Source: Acidobacteriota bacterium (GTDB lineage Bacteria; Acidobacteriota; UBA890; WLXD01). From it: a DNA stretch of 64,000 bases. Below are positions 9,303 to 20,934 of the stretch, one piece after another (position 1 is the stretch's first letter; the number at the start of each line of letters is the position of its first letter). The stretch spans positions 320,001 through 384,000 of the forward strand of contig CAXWPH010000006.1 of assembly GCA_963666055.2 (NCBI GenBank), read 5' to 3'. Under the pieces are notes generated by a model. It did no database searches. It was not told the DNA's origin and saw only the letters and a list, made by a program, of their open reading frames with translations. A program made the translations under genes and the position numbers.

Positions 9303-10802
9303 CTACCTCACCGTGGAGCGGACCGACTTGCTGGCCGCCTGCAGATCGCCGTCCGTCGGCGTCACGGTGCACTCTAGGCGGTCGCCCTTGGTGAACAGGT
9401 CGGTGGCGAGGGCGTCGGAGTGCGCTGCGATGGTGACGTCGCGTACGACCCTGCCGTCTACTTTCCATACGTACTGGTACGAGACGACGTCGTAGTCGGG
9501 GTCGTCGGTCACCAGCGGGTACTTGATCTCGCACAACGGCACTCTGCGGGCCTTCGGCTTGTTGCGAAACCTGACCCTCTTGAGCGCCACCGGCGCCCGG
9601 TTCAGGTCAGCATCTCGCTTGGTCATGACCTCGTAGGGCATCGTGGCGAGCTTCTTGCCGTTGACGTGCAGCTCGAGTTTCCAGGTGCCGGTGAAGACGC
9701 GCATGCCGTTGACGATCCAGCGCTGCCTCCACCAGCTTTGGTGGGAAAACTCGATGTTGCCGAGCTTACGCGCGCCAGTGTCCAACGCGACGGAGTTATT
9801 GGGCCGCCGGAACACCACCCGCTGGGTACTGTTGGCCGGTAGGTTCTGCAGCAGGAACCAGATGTAGAGCCATTCATCGTCGGTCTGAAACTGGCCCGAC
9901 GAGGGCAATTGCTCGGGCGGTAGCTTGTCCTCGGCCAGCGTGCGGAGCTCTTCGTGGGTGATCCCGGCGTCGAACAGGTAGGTGTTGCGCTTGAACTTGA
10001 GCTGCTTGACGAAGCCGCTGGCGCCCGGGTTGCAGCGGCCTGCGAACGGCTCGGTAGCAACCCGATTCACCCAGGTCTCGAAATGCAGGTGCGGTCCGGA
10101 ACTGTAGCCGCTCGAGGCCGTCATGCCGATGCTCTGCCCGGCTACGACGTCATCACCCATCTTGACCGCGACGCTGCCTTTGCGCATGTGCCAGTACAGC
10201 GACAGCTGACCGCCGCCGTGGCTGATGATGACGTAGTTGGCGGGCTTGTACGTCAGCGTCGTCGAGCGGTCGGAATTACCGTCCTGAGCAGCGACCACGC
10301 GTCCGTCCAGCGCCGCGTAGATCGGCACCCCGATGTCCTGGAACGCGAAGCTCCGCACGTCAGAGTCGTGTCCCTGGTGCCCATCATAGGTGTAGTCGGT
10401 GCAATTCCAATCCAAGATGGCGGCATCTCCTTGAGTCGGGTCCAGGTCGACGAAGCCAGAAAAGAACAGGTCGCCTTCGTGCACCCCGGCCTGCGGGTAA
10501 AAGGGGTAGCGGGTCGAGATGTCAGTTTTGGTTGCCGGCGGCAACCCGTAGGTGCGCTCGTACGCGTCGAGCGCAGCGTGGACCCTCGCGTACTCGGCCG
10601 CGGTGATGTCGGAGCCAAGCGTGGCACGCTGTTCGGGCGACAGCTCCGACGTGAACCCCTGCCATCGTCCCTGACCGTTCGGAGCGATCAGCTCACCGGT
10701 TCCGATCAGGCGGTGGCGGCCAGCGTGCTGTCCGGTGGCGTTACCCGATGGCGACACGAGCGCTAACGATACGACGACCAGGCAGATCCCGAGTCTTGTC
10801 AT
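9303..10802 (-). CDS. Secreted M23-family metallopeptidase with C-terminal beta-rich domains
   Basis: Signal peptide; HQGHD, YWHM, SSGPHLHFE motifs. Confidence 0.85.
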   Translation of the reverse strand: MTRLGICLVVVSLALVSPSGNATGQHAGRHRLIGTGELIAPNGQGRWQGFTSELSPEQRATLGSDITAAEYARVHAALDAYERTYGLPPATKTDISTRYPFYPQAGVHEGDLFFSGFVDLDPTQGDAAILDWNCTDYTYDGHQGHDSDVRSFAFQDIGVPIYAALDGRVVAAQDGNSDRSTTLTYKPANYVIISHGGGQLSLYWHMRKGSVAVKMGDDVVAGQSIGMTASSGYSSGPHLHFETWVNRVATEPFAGRCNPGASGFVKQLKFKRNTYLFDAGITHEELRTLAEDKLPPEQLPSSGQFQTDDEWLYIWFLLQNLPANSTQRVVFRRPNNSVALDTGARKLGNIEFSHQSWWRQRWIVNGMRVFTGTWKLELHVNGKKLATMPYEVMTKRDADLNRAPVALKRVRFRNKPKARRVPLCEIKYPLVTDDPDYDVVSYQYVWKVDGRVVRDVTIAAHSDALATDLFTKGDRLECTVTPTDGDLQAASKSVRSTVR

Positions 10803-10830
10803 GGTTGCAGAGTTATAGCGCCGGACCCGA

Positions 10831-12093
10831 TGACGTGCTCCCCGAAACCTGAGCCAGTGCGAGTGTGAGTTCTCCGGGCTAGATTAGGGCCGGGAGGGCT
10901 ACATGAGGAAGAGGCGGTACAGCGAAGAGCAGATCATCAAGATCCTGCGCCAGGTGGAGGCCGGCGAGGCGGTCAAGGACGTGTGCCGGGAGCATGGCTT
11001 CAGCGAGGGCACTTACTATCGGTGGAAGGCGAAGTACGGGGGGCTGGATATCAGTGAGGCGCGCCGGCTCAAGGAGCTGGAGCGTGACAAACCGGCGGCT
11101 CAAGAATGCCGTGGCGGATCTGACGCTGGACAACCAGGCGCGCAAGGAAGTTGTGTCGCGAAAATGGTGACGCCCGCGATGCGGCGGCAAGCAGCGGCAT
11201 GGCTGCAGCAGCGCTTGGGGCTGAGCGAGCGCCGGGCGTGCCGGATCGTGGGTGTGAACCGATCGACGTGCCGGTATCGAGCTCGACGGCAACAAGCCGG
11301 ACCGTTGCTCGAGCGGATGCGTGAGCTGGCGGCCGAGAGGCCACGGTTCGGCTATCGCCGACTGCACGTGATGGTGCGACGCGAAGGCTGGCAGGTGAAC
11401 CACAAGCGCTTGTACCGGCTGTATCAACGAGAAGGGCTGGCTGTGCGGCGCCGCAAGCGTAAGCGCGTGGCATCGATGCAGCGGGTGCCGATGATCACGC
11501 CACAGGCAGCCAACGACCGGTGGTCGATGGACTTCATGAGCGACTCGCTGGCCACCGGCAGGTCGTTCCGAACGCTCAACGTGCTGGATGAGTACAGTCG
11601 CGAGTGCCTGGCGATCGAGGTCGACACGTCGTTGACGGGCGCCCGCGTCGCGCGGGTGTTGGGCCGGGTCGTCGAGCAACGCGGTAAACCCAAGGAGATC
11701 CTGATCGACAACGGCCCCGAGTTCACGAGCCGGGCGTTGGACGCGTGGGCCTACGAGATGGGCGTAGAGCTACGCTTCATCCGGCCTGGCAAGCCGGTGG
11801 ACAACGCCTTCATCGAGAGCTTCAATGGCTCGTTCCGAGACGAGTGCCTCAACCAGCACTGGTTCACGGATCTCGAGGACGCCCGGTGCAAGGTCCAGTA
11901 CTGGCGTCGAGACTACAACTACGTCAGGCCGCACAGCTCACTGGGCGACCTGACTCCACACGAGTTCGCCGCGGCAGCGCAACTCCAGCAGCCTCCGGCT
12001 GCTTCCGTTGCCCCGCCGTTGGCGAACCGATAACACCCCTATGTTCGGTCCGAGACTCTCACTTCCAGTGGACCAGAAAAGGGGGGCAGGTCA
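10831..12093 (+). mobile_element. IS3-family (IS407-group) element; transposase 10903-12033
   Basis: TGACGTGCTCCCC / GGGGGCAGGTCA ends; RYSEEQII orfA; WSMDF, DNGPEF, IESFNG DDE core; orfA appears frameshifted near 11090. Confidence 0.92.
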
Positions 12094-12550
12094 TGGCCTC
12101 GCCCCGTCGGCATTCGAGATGATCTTGCGGCCCCGAGGATGGCTCGCACCGCTTCTTCTTCCAGGACATAGGAACAGCACCAAGCCCGCATAATGGGCCG
12201 GACTCTACTTTGGGAAAGCGCCGCACTTGCCGGAACGGTCAGCGAGATCGATGATGTCCGTGCTTCCCGATTGGCGGTGCGGTGTTCTAGTAGGTGAAGT
12301 CACCGACGGTATGGTGGGGTCGCAAGTTCAGCACAACGTGCTGGTCACAGGACAGCTCGCCGAGTTCGGCCTGTCCGAGAAGGACGTGGCCGACCACTGA
12401 GAAGACCAGGAAGGACGCAGCCTGATCATGCTGCTTCCTCATCCACAACTCTCGCCAATATCTCGAAGCGCACTAGGCAGCCACGATTCCGCAGAGGGCT
12501 CCCGCTCAGGGTAGACTCAGGAATCCGCATTAGGTGACGGTGGGCATCCG

Positions 12551-12693
12551 ATGACGACGCTGGTACAACCGCGATTTAAGGGCAAGACTCCAGCTCAGGG
12601 GCAGAAGCTCAGGGGCGGTTACTACACTCCGCCCCCGCTCGCCGAGTACCTGGCCCGTTGGGCAATCCGCGGGCCCCGTGAGCGAGTCTTGGA
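12551..12693 (+). pseudogene. N6-adenine DNA methyltransferase N-terminal fragment
   Basis: QKLRGGYYTPPPLAEYLARWAI...RVLE, truncated at SAM-binding motif I. Confidence 0.75.
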
Positions 12694-12699
12694 GGCCTG

Positions 12700-13260
12700 G
12701 GAGGCGGCGGCATCGACGAGCAGCTCGGCATCGACGATCTCAAGATCCAGCTCACCTCGAACCTGACCGCCGATTTGACCTACAACACCGACTTCGCCCA
12801 GGTCGAGCTCGACGAGCAACGCGTCAACCTGACACGCTTCGACCTGTTTTTCCCCGAGAAACGCGACTTCTTCCTGGAGGGGGCCAACAACTTCAGCTTC
12901 GGGCAGCAGTCCGGCGTCTTCGATGGGCCGGTGCTTCAATTGTTCCACTCGCGCAACATCGGGCTGTCGGAGTTCGGCGAGCCACTACCGATCGACTTCG
13001 GCGTCAAGATGACCGGCAAGGTGGGCAGCGGCAACATCGGGTTGCTGAACGTGCAGACGGGCGACTCCGATCTCGGCGAGGGGCGCAACTACACGGCCCT
13101 GCGCTGGCGACAGGATGTCCTCGAGCGATCGTCCGTCGGCGCGCTGGTGACCAACGTCGAAGGACCCGACGGGCACACGAAGACGGTGATCGGTGCCGAC
13201 GCCAGCTTCACGTTCCTCGATCACCTCAACATCTCGGCTTTCGGTGCCCGGGCTCGTTCC
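12700..13260 (+). pseudogene. Internal fragment of DUF5916-like (CBM9-associated) outer-membrane protein
   Basis: TYNTDFAQVELDEQRVNLTRFDLFFPEKRDFFLEG signature; no start or end. Confidence 0.8.
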
Positions 13261-13649
13261 GGAGGATGTCGGCACGCCACCGCTGGTAGCGCTTCGTCGA
13301 GCGCATGCGCCGGATGACTTCGGGGTCCATCGGAGATTCGCGTTGGATTCTCATTTGAGTAGACATTTTATGCCTGCCAAATCGTTTTGCTTACAAACGC
13401 GACGGCTGGCGCGGTCTACACCTGAGCGCGGTCATTCACTTGATGCCCCCCCGTAAGATGTTGAGCCCGTGGTATTTATCGCGATCGAGTGGTGTGCCGC
13501 GTGAGCATGGGCCCGAGAGCGACGAAACGCACGAGAGCGCACGAGCTCGCGCGTCCGGTGGTGGTGGTGGGCCCGGTGGTACAGGCCCGACGGAGAGCTC
13601 ACCGCGGCTTAGGGCACGCTACTTGGCGGCGAGCGAGTGCTGACTCATG

Positions 13650-13722
13650 CCGGTGTCGTGACCAGTACGGCCAGTCGGTGTCCCATCCGAGATCATACAG
13701 CAGGAGCCAGTCATGCAGGTAC
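13650..13722 (-). pseudogene. LysR substrate-binding-domain fragment
   Basis: LHDWLLLYDLGWDTDWPYW nearly identical to LHDWPLLYDLGWDDDWPYW at about 20360-20415. Confidence 0.7.
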
Positions 13723-14270
13723 GCCGCGAAGAAACTCATGCTCACGGACCCGCCCAGGTCGAACCCGATGGCCACAGGCCCGGTCTTTTCGGGAGATCTC
13801 GACGCTCGTACACGCATGCGTTCCAGTCGTCGAGGCTCACGATCTTCTCGCGATCGCCGAGCACCGGGGTGCCGCGGTTGAGCCGGTACGTCCGCCAGCA
13901 GTCGAGGTCCGGACCACCGATTCGCGCGAGGTTTTTCTCGCGTTCAATGACCTTGGCCAGCGTCGGCTGCGCCTCCGCGCCGGGTTCGCCTTCCGTATCG
14001 ACCTCTGGGTGATAGTCCGAGCTCCCGTCGGCCGCGGCGTGCATCTGGTTGTAGATCCCGCACCCGCCGCGCAGTATGCGCGAGAATCAGTGGTGCGAGT
14101 CGTCGGGGCAGGTACCGATCGCCATGAACTTGCTCACGGCATGCTTGCCGAGCGCGGTGACCAGCGCGGCGTGCATGCGCTAGCCGCGTTGACGCCACTG
14201 TGGCGGCTCGTCGGTGATCACCAGGACCGGCGCCAGGCCGTGCGCTCGACGGGGGTCCGAGCCGATGGCT
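13720..14270 (-). pseudogene. Second terminase large subunit, internal fragment
   Basis: SDPRRAHGLAPVLVITDEPPQW (Walker B), ALGK, GFDLGGSVSMS (nuclease Asp); two internal stops and a frameshift. Confidence 0.65.
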
Positions 14271-14304
14271 CGCTATCATGGCGCCCGTCTCCCGGTCCTC
14301 GATG

Positions 14305-14595
14305 CGGCAATCGTGCGCTACTACGCTGGATGCGCGGCTTTGGCGATGTATGCCAGGTCGGTGTCGAGGGAACTGGCAGCTATGGTGCTGGCGTGACTCG
14401 GCATCTGTCAGAGGTAGGGATCGAAGTCTTCGAGGTCGCCCGGCCTGATCGCTCTGCTCTGTCGCAGCAGGGGCAAGAGCGATACCTCCGAGGCGGAGGC
14501 AGCCGCGCGAGCTGTTGTGGAAGGCAGACGAACCAGCACACCGAAGAGCAAAGCGGGCAAGGTCGAGTCTCTTCGAGTGCTGCGGCTCACCAGGC
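14305..14595 (+). pseudogene. IS110-family transposase fragment
   Basis: VGVEGTGSYGAGVTRHL, EVARPDR, GKSD..EAEAAARA. Confidence 0.8.
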
Positions 14596-14677
14596 CCATC
14601 CCACACCACCGATCGTCCAGATCGGTAGCGGGCAAGGTGATCCCCGAGCCCGACTGGTGAGTCGGACCATGCCATCA

Positions 14678-16037
14678 CTATCTGATGCTGACCGACAGCT
14701 CAAACACCACGCGCCGACCAATGATGTCGCCATAGATGTGCTGCAGCACGCCGACGTCGGTGAGGTTCGTAGCGCGCACTGAAGCCTCTGCCGTGCCGTC
14801 GAGGAACATGTAGCCGAGCGCCGTGTCGAGCGTCGTGTAGGACTCGGTAGTGCCCCAGAAGCGGGAGTCTAGGACATCCGTCCAGTAAGCCTCGCCGACG
14901 TGATTGACGGAAGCGCCGTAGTACAGATTGCCGCTCCAGCCGTTGTACGAGACGTTGAAGCGGTGCTCTGGCGAGATCCCGATGTCCTGCTCAGGGATGC
15001 CCTTGACCTCGCGCTCGGCCTGATACGAGTAGTTGGCCATCACCGTATTGCGCGCCATCGGAAGGTATCGCAAGCTGACCTCGAAACCCTTATTCACGAT
15101 CTCGCCGATGTTGCGGTAGGTGAACAGCGCCGGCAACGCCACGGGACCGAAGGGCGGCAACAGGAACGTCGGCAGCGACCAGTCTGGAGGTGGGTTGAAG
15201 GCCGTATACGTCTCGCTGGTGTAGAAGTCGATGCTGTCCTTGGTCTCGGTGCGGTAGGCAGCGATGTCCCAGGAGAACTTGCCGTTCGCCACCGAGCCGC
15301 GGTAGCCGATCTCGAACTGATCCAGCCGCTCCTCGACCAGTTCGGGATTCCCCACGGCAGTGGTCGGAAAGACGATCTGCCCGATCGGTGGGCCCACGTT
15401 GACGGCGTTGAAGATCTCCACCTCGAGGTAGCTATTGACCAGCGAGGGAACTCGGAAGGCACGACCGAAGCCGGCGCGGATCACGTGATTTGATGATCCG
15501 GCCGGGTGAAACAGAATCGCCCCGCGCGGCGAAGTCACCGCGCCGTCGATGACATCAAAATAGTCGCCTCGAACTCCGGCGTTGATCGTCACGTAGTCAT
15601 TGATATCGAGATCGAAGGTGGCGAAGCTCCCTCCCTCGGTACGATTGTCCTCCCCTGGGGCAATCGACAGGTCGAAGCTCAGCTTGCGATAGTTTCCACC
15701 GTAGGTGACTGCATGCGGCCCGAGAAGCGACGTGTTCGTAGCCGAAAAATCGTAGGTCTGGGTCCTGAAATTGAACGGCAGTCCGTTCAGTATGTTGACG
15801 GAATCGCCGTTGTTGAAGTTGGCGTATAGGCGGAGATTCCAGCGCCGCCAGTTGTAGTCTGCGCGGGCGTACCAGAACGTCGTGCCATCGTTGATCGAGA
15901 ACGGTCCGATGCCCGGTGTGGATCGTGCCGCCGGTGCTGGCGATGCCGGTGGCGAACGACAGGTAGGACCCGGATCCGGTGTCGACATCGACACGGGAGT
16001 CGAACTTCGGTTGGCGGGAGCCCTGATTCGGAAACGA
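14678..16037 (-). pseudogene. TonB-dependent receptor, beta-barrel portion (5' truncated, frameshift about 15915)
   Basis: SPRGAILF, GRAFRVPS, GNPELVEE, ATNLTD, C-terminal strand. Confidence 0.8.
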
Positions 16038-16345
16038 ACTTCTTCGGGTTCGTCGCCTGGGACCTGTTGCCGCTGGATTTCTCCGAGATCGAGCAGATCG
16101 AGGTGATTCGTGGTCCGGGATCGGCGGTCTGGGGAGCCAACGCTCTTAGCGGCGTAGTGAACATCATCACCAAGTCCCCGAGGCAGTACGGCAACGCATT
16201 CCGGGTGCGCATGGGTGGCGGTGAGCGCGGCACTGGATTCGCCTCGATCACCTATTCGGGCATACGCAGCAAAACATCATTTCGGGTGACCGGGGCCTAT
16301 TCAACGCAGGATCCATGGGACCGACCGGGCCCGTTGCCCAACGGC
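16038..16345 (+). pseudogene. Inverted plug-domain fragment, probably of the same TonB-dependent receptor
   Basis: FFGFVAWDLLPLDFSEIEQIEVIRGPGSAVWGANALSGVVNIITK. Confidence 0.8.
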
Positions 16346-16791
16346 ATCTCACGGGATAATCCTCGTGCACCTGAGAGCATGGCGCACGGTCCTGAGCGCA
16401 CAGAATCCGCTGAATTCGCGCCTCAATGTAGGCTTATTTGCTTTGCTGAGCAGATTTTTTAGTGAGGTGGCCGCGGCGTCCCCGACTTTCCCCGTTTTTT
16501 AGTGTCCCGACTATCCCACGGTTCCGACGTGCACATAGCACGCCTTCCGGCACGTCGCACCATTCGCTTTACACGGCAACCCGTCCGCGCCGCGATCGGG
16601 ACGCGGAATCGCGATTTCACTGCCGCACCTTCGCCTTGACGGGCACGCTCTTTAAATCGGCACAGCATGTGTACGGTGATTGACTCGGACTCGGCAACTC
16701 CCCTTGCTCCACGTCGACGAGGCGGGTTCTGACCGCGTGCCGCGGCCGACCGGAGGATAGGTCTGGCCCTCCAAACCTGTCCGGAAGCAGC

Positions 16792-19611
16792 TTAGCCACC
16801 CCAGCTGTAGTTGAGGCGGCCATAGTAGTATCCGCCACTCAAGCCCCACGGTGTGAACTGGCTATACGGCAGGCCGAAAATATCGGCGAACAGGTCCATC
16901 CGCTGCGAGAAGGTATCGAAGACGTTCTGGCCACCGATGGCCAACGTCACGCCGCGGGTGATCGGCATGCTCGCCTCGAGATCGAAAATGTAGCGACCGT
17001 CCAAAATCGGCGCGTCGGCGCCGCGCACGAACCGCGCGTCGAAGTGATCGACCCAGGCGCCATAGTATTGCAGGCGGCCCATCAGACCCACCTTCCCCAC
17101 CCGCTGTTTGACAGCAACGTTCCAGCGGAGCTTCGGCACCCCGCGTTCTAGGCCGAGCACGTCACCGGGGGTGAGCAAGTCCGACTCTTCCGTCAGTGCC
17201 GTGTGTGTATAGTTCAGCGCGACGCTGATCACCGTGTTGCCGCGGAACGCGCGGGGTGTGTAGGTCGACACGAGGTCCACTCCCTGCGTCTGGCTCGAGA
17301 AGTCGTTGATGAAGAACCGGAAGAACTTCAAGGTGCCCGCCGACGCGATCCCTTCCTCCAGAAGGATCGCGCGCTCATCGTCGGCAAGGGTGAACGTCTG
17401 CGACAAGGCCAGGCGGTTGTCGACGGTCACGCGGAAGTAATCGACAGTCAGCGTGAACGGGCCAGTGTCGACTGCCAGCCCGGCGGTCAGGTTCAGTGAG
17501 GTCTCTGGTTCGAGTGGCTGGCCGCCCCGCAGCTGCGCTGCCCGGAACGTGGATGGCACGTTGGCGCTGTCGACCAGCTGCAGCGTTTCCGGATCGATGG
17601 TCGTCTGCACGTTAAGCGTGTTCTGCTGGCCGGGCGTCGGCGCACGGAACCCGGTGCTGATGCCGCCGCGAATTGAAACCGCGTCGCTCAGCCCATAGCG
17701 GGCCGACAACTTGCCGTTCGTCGTAGCGCCGAAGATGTCGAAGTGCTCGAATCGGAGGGCGCCGCCGACCGTCCACCGCTCGCCCCGCACTTCGAGGTCA
17801 CCGTAAACCGCGAAGTTGCTGCGACGCCAAGCCCCGGCCGTGTAGTCGGGAAAGCCAGGAAAACCGTTCGAGCCAGAGACGAAGCCTTGCGCCGCGTACG
17901 GTCCGACCTCCCACGACGGACGGCCGCCAGCGCCGATCGTGAAGCGCTCGTTGCGCCACTCCGCGCCGGCCGCGATGTTGACCCGCTCCGTGACAGGATA
18001 GGAAACATCAAAATTGAGATTTATGTCCTCCTGCCGATAAAGACCGGGATCAAACTCGCGTGGTGTGTCCGGGCCGAGTGAAGCGTTCACAGTGTTCCGG
18101 AAGAAGAAATCCGACTCGTGCACGCCGTAGCTGGCGCTGGCATCCCAGGTCAGGCCGCTCTCCGCGGTCCGCCGCAGGCCGGCCACCACCGACATGTCGT
18201 GCACTACTCCGCCGAACTGCGGTGTGAAGCCCCCTGGGGCGATCTCCTGGAACGAGAAGCACTGCGGATCGGCGAACACCTGTGCCAGGGCCACCGGATC
18301 CGGCACGTTGTCAGTAATGCGCACCGTGGGACAGTTTGCGGATCCGTCGACGATGCCGTCCTGCGCGTCCAGTACGTCGCCAATCAGCAGCGTCTCGCCG
18401 TCGTCGAGGCTATAGACGTTGACCCGGTTGTTGGGATTCCGGAAATAGAATCCTTCCGTCACCTTCTTCCGGGCGTAGTTGGCGTGGCCGTAGAACGTCA
18501 ACCCGTTGGAGAACGGGTGGCCGAAGTTGCCGAACAACTTCAGGTCGTCCTCGACCGTCGGGTTGCCCCAGATCTGGGCGGGCTCAGCGACGGCCGTGTT
18601 GCCGGCCGCAACCAGCGCCGCCGCGTCGGCGCGCTGTACGCTGCGGTTCGTCGGGTCGGCGTTACCGTACTCGAAGCTGAGGTTGACGAATCCCGTGTCG
18701 CCAAGCGGCCGCCCAACGTTGCCCGCGATGCTGTACGCATCGCCGTCGCCCGCCCGATAGGTGCCAGTGTGCAACGCGAGGCTGCCCGCCCCCCGGGCAT
18801 CCTTGAGCAGGAAGTTCACCACGCCCGCGATAGCGTCCGAGCCGTACTGCGCCGTCGCGCCGTCGCGCAGCACCTCCACCTGCCGCATGGCGATCGACGG
18901 AAACGTCGAGATGTCCGGCCCCTGCGACCCATCCGTCACACCAGCAAACCAGGCGATAACCGACGAGCGGTGACGACGCTTGCCGTTGACTAGCACCAGC
19001 GTATGGTCGTGCGCGAGATTGCGCAGACTAACCGGCCTTACGAGCGTTGCTGCGTCGCTGATCGGGTGCGTGGCGACGTTGAACGAAGGAACCAGCGTCC
19101 GCAGCTGATAATCGAGCGTCGTCGAGCCCTGGTTGACGATATCTTGGGACGGGATGACGTCAATCGGGACCGACGATTCAGTTACCGACCGCGGCTGAGC
19201 GCGGCTCCCCACGACCACGACGTACTCCTCAATCTCGACCGCCATTTGGACATCGAGAATGGTCGCGGCACCAGCCCCGACCTCCACCCCGGCACGCATG
19301 ACCTCCCGGAACCCGGGCCGCGTGAACGTCACGTCGTAGGCACCAGGCTCAAGTTCACTCAGCGTGAACATTCCAGTACTGTCGGTTGAGGCGGCTTGAA
19401 CCGGACCAGCAACCCCCGCGGGTCGCGCCTCCACGGCGACGCCGAGCAGCGCGCGGCCCGTCGTGTCGGTGACTGTGCCCGACAGCTCAGGGGCCTGCAT
19501 GCTCGCGGCGCCTGATGCCGGTGTCAGGACGACGAGCACTGCCGCCGTCACAAGAAGCCGCCTCGGCGAATGCCATGCTGTACTGTCCATATACGCGTGC
19601 CTCTCTGTCAT
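16792..19611 (-). CDS. TonB-dependent receptor with N-terminal carboxypeptidase-regulatory-like domain
   Basis: 939 aa; LVLVNGKRRH, EVLRDGATAQYGSDAIAGVVNF plug; STGFRAPT; terminal YSW. Confidence 0.93.
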   Translation of the reverse strand: MTERHAYMDSTAWHSPRRLLVTAAVLVVLTPASGAASMQAPELSGTVTDTTGRALLGVAVEARPAGVAGPVQAASTDSTGMFTLSELEPGAYDVTFTRPGFREVMRAGVEVGAGAATILDVQMAVEIEEYVVVVGSRAQPRSVTESSVPIDVIPSQDIVNQGSTTLDYQLRTLVPSFNVATHPISDAATLVRPVSLRNLAHDHTLVLVNGKRRHRSSVIAWFAGVTDGSQGPDISTFPSIAMRQVEVLRDGATAQYGSDAIAGVVNFLLKDARGAGSLALHTGTYRAGDGDAYSIAGNVGRPLGDTGFVNLSFEYGNADPTNRSVQRADAAALVAAGNTAVAEPAQIWGNPTVEDDLKLFGNFGHPFSNGLTFYGHANYARKKVTEGFYFRNPNNRVNVYSLDDGETLLIGDVLDAQDGIVDGSANCPTVRITDNVPDPVALAQVFADPQCFSFQEIAPGGFTPQFGGVVHDMSVVAGLRRTAESGLTWDASASYGVHESDFFFRNTVNASLGPDTPREFDPGLYRQEDINLNFDVSYPVTERVNIAAGAEWRNERFTIGAGGRPSWEVGPYAAQGFVSGSNGFPGFPDYTAGAWRRSNFAVYGDLEVRGERWTVGGALRFEHFDIFGATTNGKLSARYGLSDAVSIRGGISTGFRAPTPGQQNTLNVQTTIDPETLQLVDSANVPSTFRAAQLRGGQPLEPETSLNLTAGLAVDTGPFTLTVDYFRVTVDNRLALSQTFTLADDERAILLEEGIASAGTLKFFRFFINDFSSQTQGVDLVSTYTPRAFRGNTVISVALNYTHTALTEESDLLTPGDVLGLERGVPKLRWNVAVKQRVGKVGLMGRLQYYGAWVDHFDARFVRGADAPILDGRYIFDLEASMPITRGVTLAIGGQNVFDTFSQRMDLFADIFGLPYSQFTPWGLSGGYYYGRLNYSWGG

Positions 19612-19865
19612 CGCAACAATTCTCCCTGTAGGCAGGCTGCCCTACTTCGTGCCTCCGCAGCTGTGCGGCTGGCCGAAGAACGTCGTCCCCCGCCCATTTC
19701 AGAAGCGAGAGCGATAATCAAGCTCTCGCGTCCCGTGTCGCTCGGCGGCGCAGCACGGTTCCTCATGCCCTGGTGCGCCGCGTGCCACGCCTGCGCGCGG
19801 CGTTCCGCCTCGCGCAAGTCTGTCGGCGTCATCCGCACGGCGACGGCGGCGCGACGCCGTCACGA

Positions 19866-20110
19866 TTAGCTCACGCTCCGCGCCGGTTGACCGAGAGGCG
19901 GCGATGGTCAACCACATGTGGGCCTCGACGGCATCCGGTGGCACGCCGAGGCCCTGGCCGTACATGCCCCCGAGGTTGTACTGCGCGCGCGTGTGGCCCT
20001 GCTCGGCGGCGCGGCGGTACCAAGCGACCGCCTCGGCGTCGCCCGCCTCGGCGCTGGCGCGGAGGTCTGCGAGGGCTTGTGCGGCTGGCCTGTGTTCATT
20101 CTGTGTCTGA
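19866..20110 (-). pseudogene. Sel1-repeat protein, partially deleted
   Basis: AEAVAWYRRAAEQGHTRAQYNLGGMYGQGLGVPPDAVEAHMWL. Confidence 0.75.
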
Positions 20111-20199
20111 ACACAGGCCGAACTGCACACCGCGAGGGTGAGAGTGTGGCGACCACGAGGGCGCTGCACACAAGGTGGCGACTCATTACGTCTACTCCA

Positions 20200-20564
20200 A
20201 GGCGCTGGTGCGCGCCCCGTTCCATCTCCCGCGCGATCACCGCCGAGCGTCCGATAGCCGTCCCCATGCCCTCCGTTGCGGCGTCGACCACCATGCTGTA
20301 GAGGCGGAAGCCCGACGCCCGCGAGAGGTCCGGCGACGGCTGGCCCTGGCGCGCGAACCAGTACGGCCAGTCATCGTCCCATCCGAGATCATACAGCAGG
20401 GGCCAGTCATGCAGGTCGACCGGGCCGCCGGGCCTTCCGTCCTTGATGCGGTGCGCAACGGCCGAGGATGTGACGTGGAGCTCCTCAGCCGCCTTGGCGA
20501 AGCTCTCGCGGCGGGCCGCGGCTTCGAAGAAGCGCAGACATTCAAGCGGCGGAAGGGGCTGCAT
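20200..20564 (-). pseudogene. GcvA-like LysR regulator with large internal deletion
   Basis: LPPLECLRFFEAAARRESFAKAAEELHVTSSAVAHRIK joined directly (about 20441) to the C-terminal part (AATEGMGTAI). Confidence 0.85.
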
Positions 20565-20625
20565 GGTCCCCAATCTGCGAACAGGAACAGTTGCCTATTT
20601 GATCGCCTACTAGGATAAGCGTGTC

Positions 20626-20934
20626 TCACACGAGTTGTGGAATGGTAATTATTTGGGCTAAGGGACATTTTAAATTGGGCAAATGCGCGACCCTTGCCGC
20701 GCGGTGCTTGCGCTCGTGGCAGTCCCGGCACAACGGCTGGATGTTGGTGCGGTCCCAGAAGCGCTCCGGCGCCAGGTGCACAGGCTCGATGTGGTCGATG
20801 TGCTCGGCGGCGACCGTGATGCCCGCTTCGGCGCAGGGACGGCACAGCGGCTCGCTCCGGAGGATCCCGGCGCGCCACCGGCGATACCGCTGGTTCCAGC
20901 GCGCGCGGCGGAGGCTTTCTGGCTCGATCGGCAC
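20626..20934 (-). CDS. Phage-type HNH endonuclease (HK97 gp74-like)
   Basis: EPLCRPC...IDHIEP...NIQPLCRDCHERKH. Confidence 0.85.
   Translation of the reverse strand: MPIEPESLRRARWNQRYRRWRAGILRSEPLCRPCAEAGITVAAEHIDHIEPVHLAPERFWDRTNIQPLCRDCHERKHRAARVAHLPNLKCPLAQIITIPQLV

Noticed and set aside
10903-12033. Naturally fused single-ORF IS3 transposase
   Set aside because: The orfA C-terminus (RLKNAVADLTLDNQ) lies in another frame, so the fusion is better explained by a one-base indel near 11090
14086-14092. In-frame TGA in the terL fragment as a selenocysteine codon
   Set aside because: No redox motif, the fragment also has a TAG and a frameshift, and TGG-to-TGA decay is the simpler explanation
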